A DNA stretch of 64,000 nt, from positions 30,753-94,752 of the forward strand of contig QPMI01000034.1 in NCBI GenBank assembly GCA_004431415.1, written 5' to 3'. Positions 45,206-58,200 of the stretch are shown here, piece by piece; position 1 is the stretch's first letter, and each line of letters starts with the position of its first letter. The position numbers and the translations under genes were made by a program. The notes beneath the pieces were generated by a model. That model did no database searches and was not told the origin of the DNA. It saw only the letters and a list, made by a program, of their open reading frames with translations. Source of the stretch: Cyanophora paradoxa CCMP329. Its lineage: Eukaryota > Plantae > Glaucophyta.

Positions 45206-46884
45206 TGGATCCGGTCCGCCGCCGCCGCGCTTCCGCGCCGCCGCCGCCCGGCGAGCAGCGACGCATCTGCGTGCACGTGACCGAAGGCCCGGGGCCCGCG
45301 CATGAGCAGCATGTGTAGTTTGCTCTCGCTCTCTATAGCCATGTCTATCTCTCTCTCGCCGGCGCCGCGCTTTGGCCATGGTACCGGTGGCCTCCGCGGC
45401 TGAGGCTCCGCCAGTGCTGCAGCTGGCGGCGTTCTCTGCGCTAGTCGGGTTCCGCATACTGAGCGTATGCTCGCTGGCAGCTGGCGGCGCGGGCCGAGTT
45501 GCACCGCGCCATCGATCCTGCGGCCGTGCGCGTTCTCACGGCGCTAGCGCGAAGTCCCACCAATGCTCCGATTTACACCCCGGTGGGAGTATTGCAAAGC
45601 TGGGTACGGCATCTACAGGCCTGGGCCGCGGATTGGTGGATTTCGCGATCGAAAAAAATAGCGACGACCGCGGCCTCGGCCCGCCGGCGTTCAAAAAAAA
45701 GGGCGTCGCGATCGATGCATCAGATCAACGAGCCATGCATCACGGAAGTAGTGCGCAACGAGCGCTTTCGAATGAGCCTAACCTCGCAAAAATCCTATGT
45801 GGGGATCTGGAAATTCATGTGGCGACAATTCCCAGCAAGTTTGCAACGAAATTAACTTTTTAGTAAAAAAACGATGGGGGTACAGAGCTTTTTTGAAAAA
45901 CAAACTATTGGTGCCGGTTCAGAAAACCTTTAATCGAACCGAGTCATATGTAAGTGTTGCCACTGTAGTTTAGCTTGCATTCAGGCCTTCGAGCCACTCT
46001 GTAGTATAGTGCTAGTGCGTGGGCTGAGGCTGTAGCACTTCTCAATAGCTCATAGACTTGCCGGTACCTCCGCAGTGCCTAGGACTCCTCCGGCGTTGCC
46101 GGTTCGTAGACAGATTCTGTACCCCCCCCCACGTTGTTCGATACCCCCTCAGTCCTGTAAGAAGCCCAGCTGCGACCCGTTCGTGCTACGCCTGCGCGCC
46201 TGCCGCCTAGGCATGGGGCTGGGATCACATTGGGACACTAACTAAGCCTATTTGACCCTCGCCGGGACGATCGCTGGCCTGACGGCGGTTCGACAACGAC
46301 CCGCCGCCACCCGGCGTGAACCCGCGGGAGGAGAGTGCGTCACCCTCGACGGACGTGCTAGACTACACGACCGCGTGCCCGCTGGACGCGCCGACCGGCC
46401 GGAGCACGACCTAACTGACGGAGCTGACTTCCTTGTCCTTCGCCAAACTTGTCGCGCGGCGTGCCTTGCTCTACGCAGGACACGTGCGGGAACGAACACT
46501 CGCTGCAGGCAGTGACCCGTGTCTTGCGGCTCGCTGCCCAGTGCAGGAGAGAGTGAGGCGAAATCACTCGACCTTTACGTGTAGCGACCCGTGACTTGCG
46601 GCTCGTTACGCCTAAAGGGCAACGTGTATCGGTGCGCGATCTGCACTGCACGTTGCTGTCGCTGTCGTGTCGTACTCTCGTCGCGATCGTCGTGCTCGTG
46701 CACGCGCGCTGAGAGCTCCGCAGCTGTTGACAATACTGTCAGCAGCTCGGCCAACGACACGCAGTGACTGCTCGACTGCCTCGCCTCGTAGTCGGCCACA
46801 CGGCGGCCGCGATCGCGACGCAGTACGTTACGGACACACCGGCATACGCCGCGTACGTGACACGCAGGACGTAAACGAGCAACC

Positions 46885-47605
46885 TGTACGGATCGCACCC
46901 GCTCACGTAGCGGCTGAAATCTGTACGTCGATCTTCAGAGCACCCGCTCAGAAGGTCACCGTCAACCCCTCGTCAACTTGTACGGATCGCACCCGCTCAC
47001 GTAGCGGCTGAGATCTGTGCGTCGTCGATCTTCAGAGCACCTCAGCTCAGAAGATCATCCACCCCGTCATCTATTTTTACAGATCACACCCGCTCACGTA
47101 GCGGCTGAGATCTGTGCGTCGTCGTCATTATTTTACATCTATTTTACGAACACCCTCACGTAGCGGCTGAGATCTGTGCGTCGTCGATCTTCAGAGCACC
47201 TCAGCTCAGAAGATCATCCACCCCGTCATCTATTTTTACAGATCACACCCGCTCACGTAGCGGCTGAGATCTGTGCGTCGTCGATCTTCAGAGCACCTCA
47301 GCTCAGAAGATCATCCACCCCGTCATCTATTTTTACAGATCACACCCGCTCACGTAGCGGCTGAGATCTGTGCGTCGTCGATCTTCAGAGCACCTCAGCT
47401 CAGAAGATCATCCACCCCGTCATCTATTTTTACAGATCACACCCGCTCACGTAGCGGCTGAGATCTGTGCGTCGTCGATCTTCAGAGCACCCAGCTCAGA
47501 AGATCATCCTCGACTTCGTCGCCGGTCTACGGAGCACCTCAGCTCTCAGGACCATCACCACCGTACATCTTACTTCAGATCACACCCGCTCACGCAGCGG
47601 CTGCG
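46885..47605 (+). repeat. 97-bp tandem repeat array in the retroelement 5' leader
   Basis: Unit GATCACACCCGCTCACGTAGCGGCTGAGATCTGTGCGTCGTCGATCTTCAGAGCACCTCAGCTCAGAAGATCATCCACCCCGTCATCTATTTTTACA; exact 97-nt period at 47176/47273/47370/47467; about 7 copies including partial ones. Confidence 0.95.
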
Positions 47606-47655
47606 CTCCGTTCACCGACGGTCTTCGAAATCACTCAGAGACCATCAACGTCAAC

Positions 47656-50600
47656 ATGAACCGCGACGAGCACGGCGGCTCCCGCATCCGGAACCCGGCG
47701 CGACGCACGCGTACGGCGACTCGGCTGAGATTGCGGCGACCAACCGTGCGGAGTCCTCGCAGCTACGCGGCGGAGTCGACGCAGAGCCCCCGACGCGCGT
47801 GAAGATTGCGGAGGGGCTCATCGCCACCAGCCCCGGCCAGCCCCTCAAACCTGAGGGCGTCATTACTCATATCAACGACGGCCGTGCCATTGCTGCATCG
47901 GACCCCAAGAAGTACTCGACTGAGAACGACGGCTCCCAGAAGAGCCTCGCCCTCCTTCTTGTTCTACTGCAAGCCCTGTCGGCAGGCCTCAGATCCATCG
48001 TATCGACCCTCGTGCAAGGCACCGCTGTCAAGGTCAACGCCAGGGAGGCGGCCGATGAGAGATGCCAGGAGCTCGGCAAGCGCATCCTGGCCATGAGCAA
48101 GACGGAGAGGCAGAGTTTCAATGGGCAGCGGTTGCGGGAACGCCTCAAGAAGGCCAACGCCGAACGTGAGAGCGCTGAAGCCGCACTCGATCATCCCGGC
48201 ACGATCAAGGGCCTCCCCTCCTACATGCGATTCCTCATCAGCAAGATTAGCCCCGAGGAGAGTGAGGCCTTGGACACGCGCCTCAAGTCACCTTACGACG
48301 GCAGTCCTTTACCCGACGCGCTGAAGGCCGTACACGATTTACTCCCATCCTCGACCCTCCTTCCAGACGGACAGAAGATGAAGCCCATCGACATCGTGAA
48401 GACGCTGGAGAGCCAGATCAACCGACGCGCTGGGCACAGTGGGGGATCTTACACCAACATGAACACTCAGGAGGGTCACAACCGGTACCGTAACTTCCTG
48501 AACGCCCGCGACAAGATACCTGAATTGAAGCGGATCGCCCTCGAACACGAACCCGAGGACGACGCTTCAGCAGACTTCAGGGAAATGAAGCTTGCTTCTT
48601 TCATGACCGACGCCTTCGCCGCCATACCACCTGGCCTCTTCGTCGAGGTCCGCTCGGCATCGACCGGGGAGGCTAAGTCTTCCAAGAAGATCTCTCGAGT
48701 CGAGCGGGAACAGCGACGGGAACAACGACGGGAGCAACGTGCACGACGGCAATCGCGGAGCTCAGACGACTCTGACGGCTCTGACTCCAGCTCGGGACAT
48801 TCGAAGCGCAGGAAGAGTTCAAGCCGGGCACCCCTCGGGGCGTCCGCGGTTTACGCTCATCCAAGCTCCGGACAACCGAACCCGAACTCGGCATACACGG
48901 CAGCTATACCTGCACCGGCCAACGACAAGAAGCAGACGGGGAAACCCAATTACAATTACCCGCGCGTTGAGAAAATTACTGCAATTAAACAACGGGAAGG
49001 TTACAACCGAGCAGAGAAGCCTAAACACCGCGGTACCAACCACGACTTCTACTGCTGGCGGTGCCCTGACAATTTACCGCCGGCCGAACGCCACCATTAC
49101 GCTGACGATTACCTGGAATGCCCACGGCATGACTACCGGTATAAGCTACTGGAGATGATCCAGAGCGGCGACAACAACCCAATTGTACGAATGGCGGCAG
49201 AAATCTGCAAGATTCCCACTGGCTCAAACGGACAGACGGCGCCGACGCAGCCCACGCAAATTGCAGCGGCTAACCCGACGTCGAACCTCCAATGCTTTAA
49301 CTGTCAAGGTTACGGACATCGCCAATCGGAATGCACTCAACCCAAGAAGTGCCGACTTTGTAACTCAACTGAACACCTCCAAGCAAACTGCCCCCAGAAC
49401 GGCAACCGCGACGGCGGTGGCGGCGCAGGAGGCGGTAATAAGGACACCTACCCCTGGAGTCGTGGTGACCGTGGTGGCCGCGGTGGACGAGGTGGCGGAC
49501 GAGGCGGCGGACGAGGCGGCGGTCGCGGCGGCGGTGGAGCACCTTCATCGCGCCCCCCCCTCGGCATCACTGCCAATGACAATCCTACAACGACGACGGA
49601 CGCACCAAAGACCCCGGCCACGACGCCGGCGCCTACGTGCCCGTCTGACACCACTACGCCCCTCACAACAGGTGTACCACAGACCCCGGCCACGACGCCG
49701 GCGCCCGTGGGCCCACCTGGAACTACGGCTTCATTACACACGCCGACAGTGCCAACCACTGCAACGCAGGCCCCGGCCACGATGCCGGCGCCGACGAACC
49801 CAGTGGAGACACCAGTCTTGCAAACTGTGCCGGTACACGTCGCACAGCCAGCTCCAATGGAAGAAGTGCCAGCCCCGACCACGACGTCGGCGCCAGCACC
49901 CACCTCCATGCCTACGGAACAGCAAATCGCAGAACTGGTGCAAGAAGCTAGAACGCGGGCTACCAAACCACCCTTCCAGCCCAGACCTGTTAACGTAACA
50001 CAAGCTCTATATGACTTGCAGCGAGAAGAAGTACGAGTGTCGGCAGTGACATCGACTGTCCTCGACAAGGTCAACAGAGCACTGGCTAAAATGGCCAACC
50101 TCGGAGCGCGAGCTGCCACCCCAAACCGCCCCAAGAGCAACAAGTATACAACCAAATTTGGCTTCATTCGGGAACGTATCTCTGCAATTACACAAGCCGC
50201 GGCAATCCCAGTACGGCGGATCGAAGTCGACAAGAACGCGACAAAGACCCGTTGGAATACGGACACGTGCGCTGAACACCTTCAAGGGCCTCTGGTAAAG
50301 ACGCTGCAGGACGTTACGGCGCGGGCCGCCAACCTCGATCTCGAGATCGCGGCAACGAAGGCGGCACTTACCAGCAAAGGGGGCAAGACCACAAACGTCT
50401 CGACGGCAAAGGCTCATGATGGCCAGCCACCCGTTGCCTCGACGGCGCAGAAGCCGGTAGTGGAGCACGCAACACCGGTCATCTCGCCTACGGTGAACCA
50501 GATCGTGGAGCCGGCCGAATCTACTGCTGAGTACGTAGGGCCGCTCACGACGTACCTACGAGAAGTACTGGGCTACATGCACAGACGACGCCTCGCAAAC

Positions 50601-52217
50601 CCCGTCTACTTTCGCGAAGTGCCCGGAAGTGCATGGTTCACACATGGCTTCCCTGGCTGCGACTTCCGACAGGCGTTCATCGACGCTGTCCTCTATTGCC
50701 CCCAACTGAAGCACATTACCATACTCTTCGGACACAAGGGTGCGGGACTGTGTGCGACAGCAGCGGGTGCAAGAGAGCAGGCACTGCAGAACGGCAGTAC
50801 CGACGTCGACGACGTAACGATGCTTCATCGGTACCCTATCCCTCACGAACATGTACGGCCCATCTTTCACCACGCTCTCGACTACAACGTCACCAAATTA
50901 GCTGCACCTCAACGCCAACACCGCCCGTTAGCGGAGACGGCTGGGGAGAGCGACCTTTCCACATTCCCAGACGTGATTCAGTACGAGCCTCACGGTGACT
51001 TTGGCGGCGAAACAACTTTCATTCACGAGTGTTGTGACCGGTGCACGCCGATAACAATCCAGCAGTCGGCAGCCGGAGCACTGGAGCCGCGCGAGATTCA
51101 CGGTCAGAGTCGGCAGCCTTCGAACGGACCGGCGGACCGTGCACTCCACTTGCATCTCACGACGCTTGTGGATTCACTTCGCAGCTTGGGCCAGGCCCAC
51201 CCAGCCAACGCGGTTGCGGGCCGACCTCAGTACATCACACTACTTAAACGCACGGCAGTGCAAGCATTCTGGAACGGCAACCCAGTTGCGGGAACTGACA
51301 TGGATCGACCTTGCGTACCGGACGCGCGACCCCTCAGTGGTGACCATGATCACGAACACTGGGATACGTTAGCTGAATATCCAGTCCAGCAACCCCCAGA
51401 CTTGACAGATCGACTTAATTTGACAACAGCTATCCGGGCTACAATCCTCAGGCGCACAACCTCCGCTGACCTCATACTGCTCAATGAGTGGGCGAAGCGG
51501 ACGGCCAATGCAATCAACACTGGTGCATGGCAGCAGGCCGTGAATTGGACACGGCGGGACCGACCATCCGACAACTACAACTTGGAACGGACACTTGCCC
51601 CGGCCACGGCCGGCGCAGTACCAGTTCCTACGACACGAGATATTACACCCGCCCCGGCCACGGCCGGCGCGCTCACCGTCCCTACTGCGCGAGACTCAGT
51701 ACCTGCCCCGACCACGGCCGGCGCAGTACATGTCCCGCCTCCACCACACTCGACACCCACACCAGCAATAGCTGACGGGGTAGCCCAGCCTCCTCCGACA
51801 TCACTTGAAATGCCATTGGACCGCGGTACCCAATGGACTTCAGAACAAGTATCACTGATACGAGGATGGGCCGAATCAGTACATAATCGCACACGGCGAG
51901 AAAACGTTGATCTTTGGGAACTCTACAACTGCAGCCCAACGGCGGCACTCACATGGATCGTCACCATGATGCCCCCCACGACGTACCCCACGATAGCTCA
52001 AGCAGTTCTTGACGCTTATCTGGAAACGTACCCACGGAACTCGCTCGTGCCAGAGCCGACGAACTCCTCTGTCAAATGGATGCTCGCAACTCGGAACCGG
52101 AGTCGCAACGCGAAACCTTCCATGAGCTACATGCGAAGCCAAGCTAAATGCCTGACCACGGACGCTGTCAGCATCCTGCGGCAGCGATTCCGGGCCGGAA
52201 GCAATGCGTCTTTGTGA
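47656..52217 (+). CDS. gag: Gag-containing first segment of the retroelement polyprotein
   Basis: Two CX2CX4HX4C knuckles (CFNCQGYGHRQSEC, CRLCNSTEHLQANC; 49293-49391) followed by an RGG box. The likely ATG at 47656 needs one -1 correction near 47680. Confidence 0.85.
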
Positions 52218-55200
52218 GCCCTGGCGCCCAGCAAATCTACATCCGCTGCGAGGCGGTTGGCTTTCCCGGACCATGCCCGGCAACGCCAGTCGCCCGAACG
52301 GCGCCATCACAAGGGCACGCAGCCACATGTCACCACCACTGCCAACAGCTGAACATGTTATTTTACCGACGGCACCTTTACAACCCCGACGGACAGTTCA
52401 CCAGCACTCGCGTCGAGATGACTATGAACTGTGGGACGTGTGGCAAGTACCCACTCGTGTCTTATTGCAACTACCCAGACGCCGAGGTGACAGGCTTGTA
52501 CCCCATCCGACGCCTGTGGGCCCGGACGGCCCCTTGGACCGGAGAGTAACAACTCGAGCCGAGGAGACGTTCAATGCAATCATCATGGAAGCGCTCGCTT
52601 GGTGGCCCGAGAGCCAGCTCGCCTGCAAGCATGGCTATGCCAATGTTTACGACCGCTTCATCAACCTTAACATGGAGCCGTTCGACGTACGTGCGTACAG
52701 AGTCCACGCCAACACAGAATGGTCCAGCACGCGACCCAACCAGCGGTTCAACTACGGGACCCTACGCACGGCAACTCGAACTCCAACCAGGACCGGGGAC
52801 ACGCGCAGCGCACCCCCGACACCGGCTCACGGCCCATTGGTCAGCCTCACGACGCAACCACAGCAGCACTGGCCTGAGGAAGCTCGCAATCCCCCGCGGC
52901 TGTTGAAGCCAACGACGGTCATCTCGTACCAGTCTCACGAGGCCGGAGTGGTAGACAGCCGTGGCTGCACCATACCTTACTTCGGCATCGGCGAGCACGG
53001 ATCCGCCTACGAGTATTTCAATCCAATCCGAGTCACAGCCATCTTGCGCCGAATTTACGACCCGGACGAGCAGCGGAAGTATAAGGAAGCCATGAAGATC
53101 ATCCCTGAGTCATATGACTTCATTGCAGCCCAGCTGGAGACCAGTACAACCTGGCCCCCCTCATGGACATACCCGACTGACGACGACAAGCGTAACTTTA
53201 TCGATCTTATGTACGAGCGGGAACGACGCCCGAGCCGAGCGCCTCAACGACCAGCTGGAACCAAACCCCGAACGGCGCCTGGATCCGTGGATCTGACGGC
53301 GAGCGTGAACACGGCGTATGACGCCGATTACGCCTTGGGTGAGGGCAAAGGTCCTTACATGGCGGCGGCGCTTACTGGTTACGCTCGAGCACGGGGACGC
53401 GAAGCGAACAGGACCGCCTCGAGCGCTACGCGGAAATACAAGCCACGACAAGTCCGGGTACAGACCATCGCGAACAAGATGGAAGATACACCACCGACGT
53501 CGTCATCTGAGACCCGGAACGGACACCTTCACCCCCGTTCAGGGCGACCTCGGCCGACCCCCAAGCCCCAACTCTGGACGATCCCGGGAGTGGTGTCCTC
53601 AGCCCCAGCGACAGCGTGGCCCTTGGTTATGGCACTACGAATCCCTCCAGTCTCATTACCGTCGCCCCGGCCACGGCCGGCGCGCCGCAAACTGAGACGA
53701 ATGCTACCAACGTAACAATCAACCCGAGCCCTGCATCTCCGACCCTTACGACGCCCCTGGAAGCCGCCCCGGCCACGGCTGGCGTGGCTCAACCCGGCGT
53801 TATAGCTTCAGAGCAAGCGACTCCGGACATGACCATAACTGTCAGGGAGCAGACTTTGACACTGCCAACTGACAACGAATCGACCACGACCCCCGCAACT
53901 ACCGCCCCGGCCACGGCCGGCGAGCCCTACGGCAAGGCCGGATGACCTCATCGTTGAGTCCGAAAGCCCTCCAGGGCCCGACTGGATTGAATGCCCAGGG
54001 GATTGCCGTCCCCGACTGTGGGCTCGCCCACACTCGCGCGCGTGGATATATGCACGTGAATACTGGCGATCCTGGAACGAGGAGGAGCCAACGGCAGAGG
54101 AAGATGGCTCGGGACCAATTCACATTTCCCGGATCGGACTTACCCTACTGTCACTGAGGATCCCCAGCGTTACATCCAAGTCGGCGACATTCCCGTCCCG
54201 ATTCCGGAACCTGAACCGCCACTCCCAGTCCCGCCGGAGACCGGCGCAATCGTGAGAACCACACACTTGGGCGAGGTCACTGCTGCAGTTTCACAGCGCC
54301 TCGGAGACTGTGGGGTCATACCAAGCACAATGCCCGGCTACGCAGAGGCAGCGGCTGCGGTCGACAATCCCAACCTGTTTGCAACCTATCGCAAGTACAC
54401 GCCATGGAATGCAAGTACGGACCCGTCCAAGACCGGCCTCTACCTCACAAACATTTCCACGCTGCCTGACGGACTCACGGAGCTGAACCCGGCTAACCGG
54501 CACGTCCTCGACAGACTCGTCACGTACGTCGATGTCGAGGAGCAATCAGCGATTTTGCTCAAACATACCGCCCATCTCCGCGCTGTCGCTTATGCGATCA
54601 TGAGAATTGCGGGCACAGCCGACACTACGGATAGCTTGGAAGAGACGCTGCGTCACGCATCTGTCCTCGAGCTGCTGGCCTTGATGCACAACAAGCAATA
54701 ACCCTGACGACTTCACGGCAAGGAATATTGCCTTGGCTCTTCGACGTCATGATCTCGTACGGCCGAAGCATGCGGGCACAATTCCCTACTTACTTCGAAC
54801 CGCACGGGGACTACTATGCGCCTTTCCCCACTCTCGCCGACGCGCTGACGGTCCGCATGACGGCACTGGAACGCTTAATCCTCGAGTCGCACCTGCCGCC
54901 GCCCTTCGACGACGAATTCGCGCCTTACCCCACGGCGACACCTCCAGCGCTCGATCGAGACATCGCCCTCGAGATGCGGGTGACAGCCCTGGCCAACGCA
55001 ATTCACATTGCAGCGGCTGGAGCACGCATCTACTTCCACTCGAAGCCTCGGGAGTTGGAACGGAATCACTCATGGCGCAGCCCTTGGCTTCGCTGTTCGG
55101 ATCCGTTCTCGGCAAAGCCAAATAGGCTGCTGTGGCCGACAAGCCCAGACTTCTACTTCACAATGGGAGTCGAAATGGTGGAGTACATCACGCGCGTGCT

Positions 55201-58200
55201 CAACCTGCCCTTCGGAGGCCACTTCGCGAATAGCCCCAACAGCTGGCTGGCTACCGTCGACCGGTACCTTGACCGGACACAGACGCCCCCGGAACAGGGG
55301 ACCTTGGACGTTCCCCGGAAGCCCTTCGAGCTCCACGGTGTATTACTCGACGAGTACAAACTAGCGGTGATTGAATGTAACGAGCGACGCCTCGACTACT
55401 CCGAAGACCCGCTTTCTCCACTCTGGAGAGGTCTTCAGGCGTTCCGGACCGGTGCCGAGAACTCCGGCAACGTGTTCGTGACCCATCTCTCCGCGAGGAC
55501 AGCCTTAGGGCGTGCCCGCGAGCTCGGCGACGTAGCAGCATTCCGACAGGCCCTGCGGCTCCATCTGGACCGTTACCCGGAGAGAGTACATGAGCGCGTC
55601 GGTGCTCGTAGCTACCCGAGCAGCTTCGAGCTCAGCCGTGTGGAACCGGGACCTGACCTGCAACTGTCACTGGTTGAAGGCTACCCTGAGGGCCCGTACA
55701 CCATCCGTATTCAACATCAGGAGGCGGTACTCCTCTCCAACCCCACGTTGTGGCACGCCACTGTTCTCGACGCATTGTATTGGGCGTTGAAGCGTAAATA
55801 CAACGGGGACAAATGGACGGATGCGGAGGATTGGCAGGCTCAGTGCCTGGCATACGGAATGACAAACCGCCTTCGACTGATCGACTCCCAGCCGAACACC
55901 CTAGTCCGGCTCTCCCTCGTCCGGGCGATCATGTACGGGGCCGACAAGATTCTCGGAATTTTCCAGTACTGGAACAAGTCGAAGGAGAACCTACTTGCGG
56001 ATCTTACACCCTGCGTACCGAACGATTACGTGAATCCAAGCACGGCAACCATCGACATTATGCAGGCGTACAACGTCCCATTTCCCCCGATACGTCAGAG
56101 GATCACGGAGTACGGCCTCAATTGGGACACCCGCTTCCTCCTGCGTTGGGCAGAACTGACCACGCTCCGAATCCACGATTCCATGTTCTTTACGGCCGAC
56201 GACGAGACCACACTGCGGAGTCACCCCCTCATGTTCTCAGGACGGAAACGACCGCCCCCGGCACCGGTGCAGCAACCACGTAGCACAACTTCAGGCTCAA
56301 CTGCTAAACGCGTGGGCCTGAAAAAGGGCCGCAAGACAGTAATATCGGAAGACGAGGCTGGTGACGATTGGTTTTACGAAACTGTCGACCTCAGCCGGAA
56401 CGCCCGGGCCATATTCGGTACCCGATATTACTACAAGTTCTTCGGTGCCGACATCATCGAGAACGGCTACGTTACCGACAAGTTCGAACGCGTCGGATGG
56501 TGGGGCGACCCCAGGAACGCATCCACCGCAAGCAATCATACTCAAGTGCGGGGACTCGACGACAGCGTCGATACTCAGTGGGCATTTGAGGCGGGGCACT
56601 CGGGCCTCCAGCACGGGAGGGGACAACACAACGACTTCCGCTTGTTCACGCTGTCTTACCACAAGGATCTGCCGGCACTCGAACGTCTGGAGGACCCCAC
56701 TATCCCCGAGGATAGTACGGTGCAACTCTACGACGTGACACGCTCAGACACGCGCAACGAAGTATACACGATCAACAAACAGCCGCTCGCATTCCGAGGC
56801 GTCGAATTCTTTCTCAGTACTCTCAGCTCCGCGATGGCCGAGAACATGAGATACACTCCGTGGTCTGCCGTCCTCGTGGCAGAAATGTGCAGCGCCTCGC
56901 AACCTCGGTCCTCGTTCACGCGTGACTTGACGGCATTGGAGGAGTACGTGAATACGAAGCCTGAATGGGAACACCCACTGGCAGAGAGCCAAATTCAGTA
57001 CTTCATGCACGGCGACACGAACATGGACAAGTTCATGCGGAAGCTTCCAGAGTTCAGACCGATCCACGCGCTTAACCAGCTTCGTTGGCGCGGAGCACTA
57101 CAGGCGCTCGACGGCGTGGTACGCCATCGGGCACGCAATCGTTCCAACCCGTACCTGCACGGGGTGCAGACCGTGACAGATGACGGCAATACCGCAAGAA
57201 CCGTTGCGAGATCAAGTTTACCACCTTGACAATCGCTCCCGCCAATGAGCACAACCCGTTGAATGAGCTCGGTAACTACCTCACAGCGTTCCGAAGCCCA
57301 CTCGAGCGGCCTCAGGGACATGAAATGGCTCCCCCGCTTGGCAACGGCGGACCCATGCTGGCACGTTCCACGAGTTCAACTCCCCGACGATACTGAGCGA
57401 CACCCTGGAAGTCTTCGCCAACGGCGGCCCGCGAATTTACACAAAGACGCGGACCAGGGACACCCAGGCTGTCGTTCACGTGTTCGATGCCAACAACCGT
57501 GACACTTGGCTCCAAATCGCCCGTTCGAACAGGCCACAACGGCCCGCGGACCAGCCTGCATACTTCGACTACAATCGCATACCAATTCTGCTTGAGGAGA
57601 CGATCCTACCCGGCGGCGTCTGGAAGACCATCGAGAGGCCTACTAGGCCGACGGAGGGTGCATTCATCCACGTTATCCCTTCAAGCCGGAAGTACATCAC
57701 TGGGTCCACCACTTCGCACATCACGTAGCAGCTTCAATCCGTTTGTACACGGCGTTCCCGTCGAAACAGATGCCAATCCACGACGGCCTGCTGGAGATTC
57801 TCGACGAATACGTGACTTCGAATGCGAGCCTACTACACTTCCGTGTCGACGACGACGGCAACATGACCGTGTCTCAGGAACTGCAAGACTGGTACGCCCG
57901 GGATTTTGGCACGGCAACACCACCACCCGGCGCCATGTTTGCAACGGCCTTCATGGCACTACTAGTCACGGCGATTACAACGCAACTCGCGGCAGTTGTC
58001 CGCCACGGGGCCCTCGGCAATGCCGGGCGCGCCTCCACAACAGCCAAGGAGACATGGCAACGCTACGAAGATCGCCAGTCGCAGCGTGCACACTTTCCCG
58101 CTGCCTTCGACCTCCCTGTCAACGTCATCGAGATGTTTGGACACGACGGAACCATGGTCGGCAACAGGGGCATGGACAACCTCGGCATGGGCGTGAGCCA

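Noticed and set aside
610-45500. Hundreds of long overlapping R/G/P/A-rich ORFs in the six-frame track (e.g. 3969-6068, 11275-13632, 28469-31111, 44141-45457)
   Set aside because: These are artefacts of very high GC and unspliced G/C-rich introns or minisatellites. The real genes are the spliced models listed.
46885-47605. 97-bp array as a CRISPR array or hammerhead ribozyme array
   Set aside because: The units are contiguous with no unique spacers and no cas genes, and the hammerhead core CUGANGA...GAAA is absent.
47370-47655. ORF-track start of Gag at 47370
   Set aside because: It is a GTG inside the tandem repeat and only translates repeat units. The ATG at 47656 is more plausible.
57930-58000. 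env gene in the retroelement
   Set aside because: Only one moderately hydrophobic stretch, no signal peptide or fusion-protein pattern, and it lies upstream of pol within the polyprotein.
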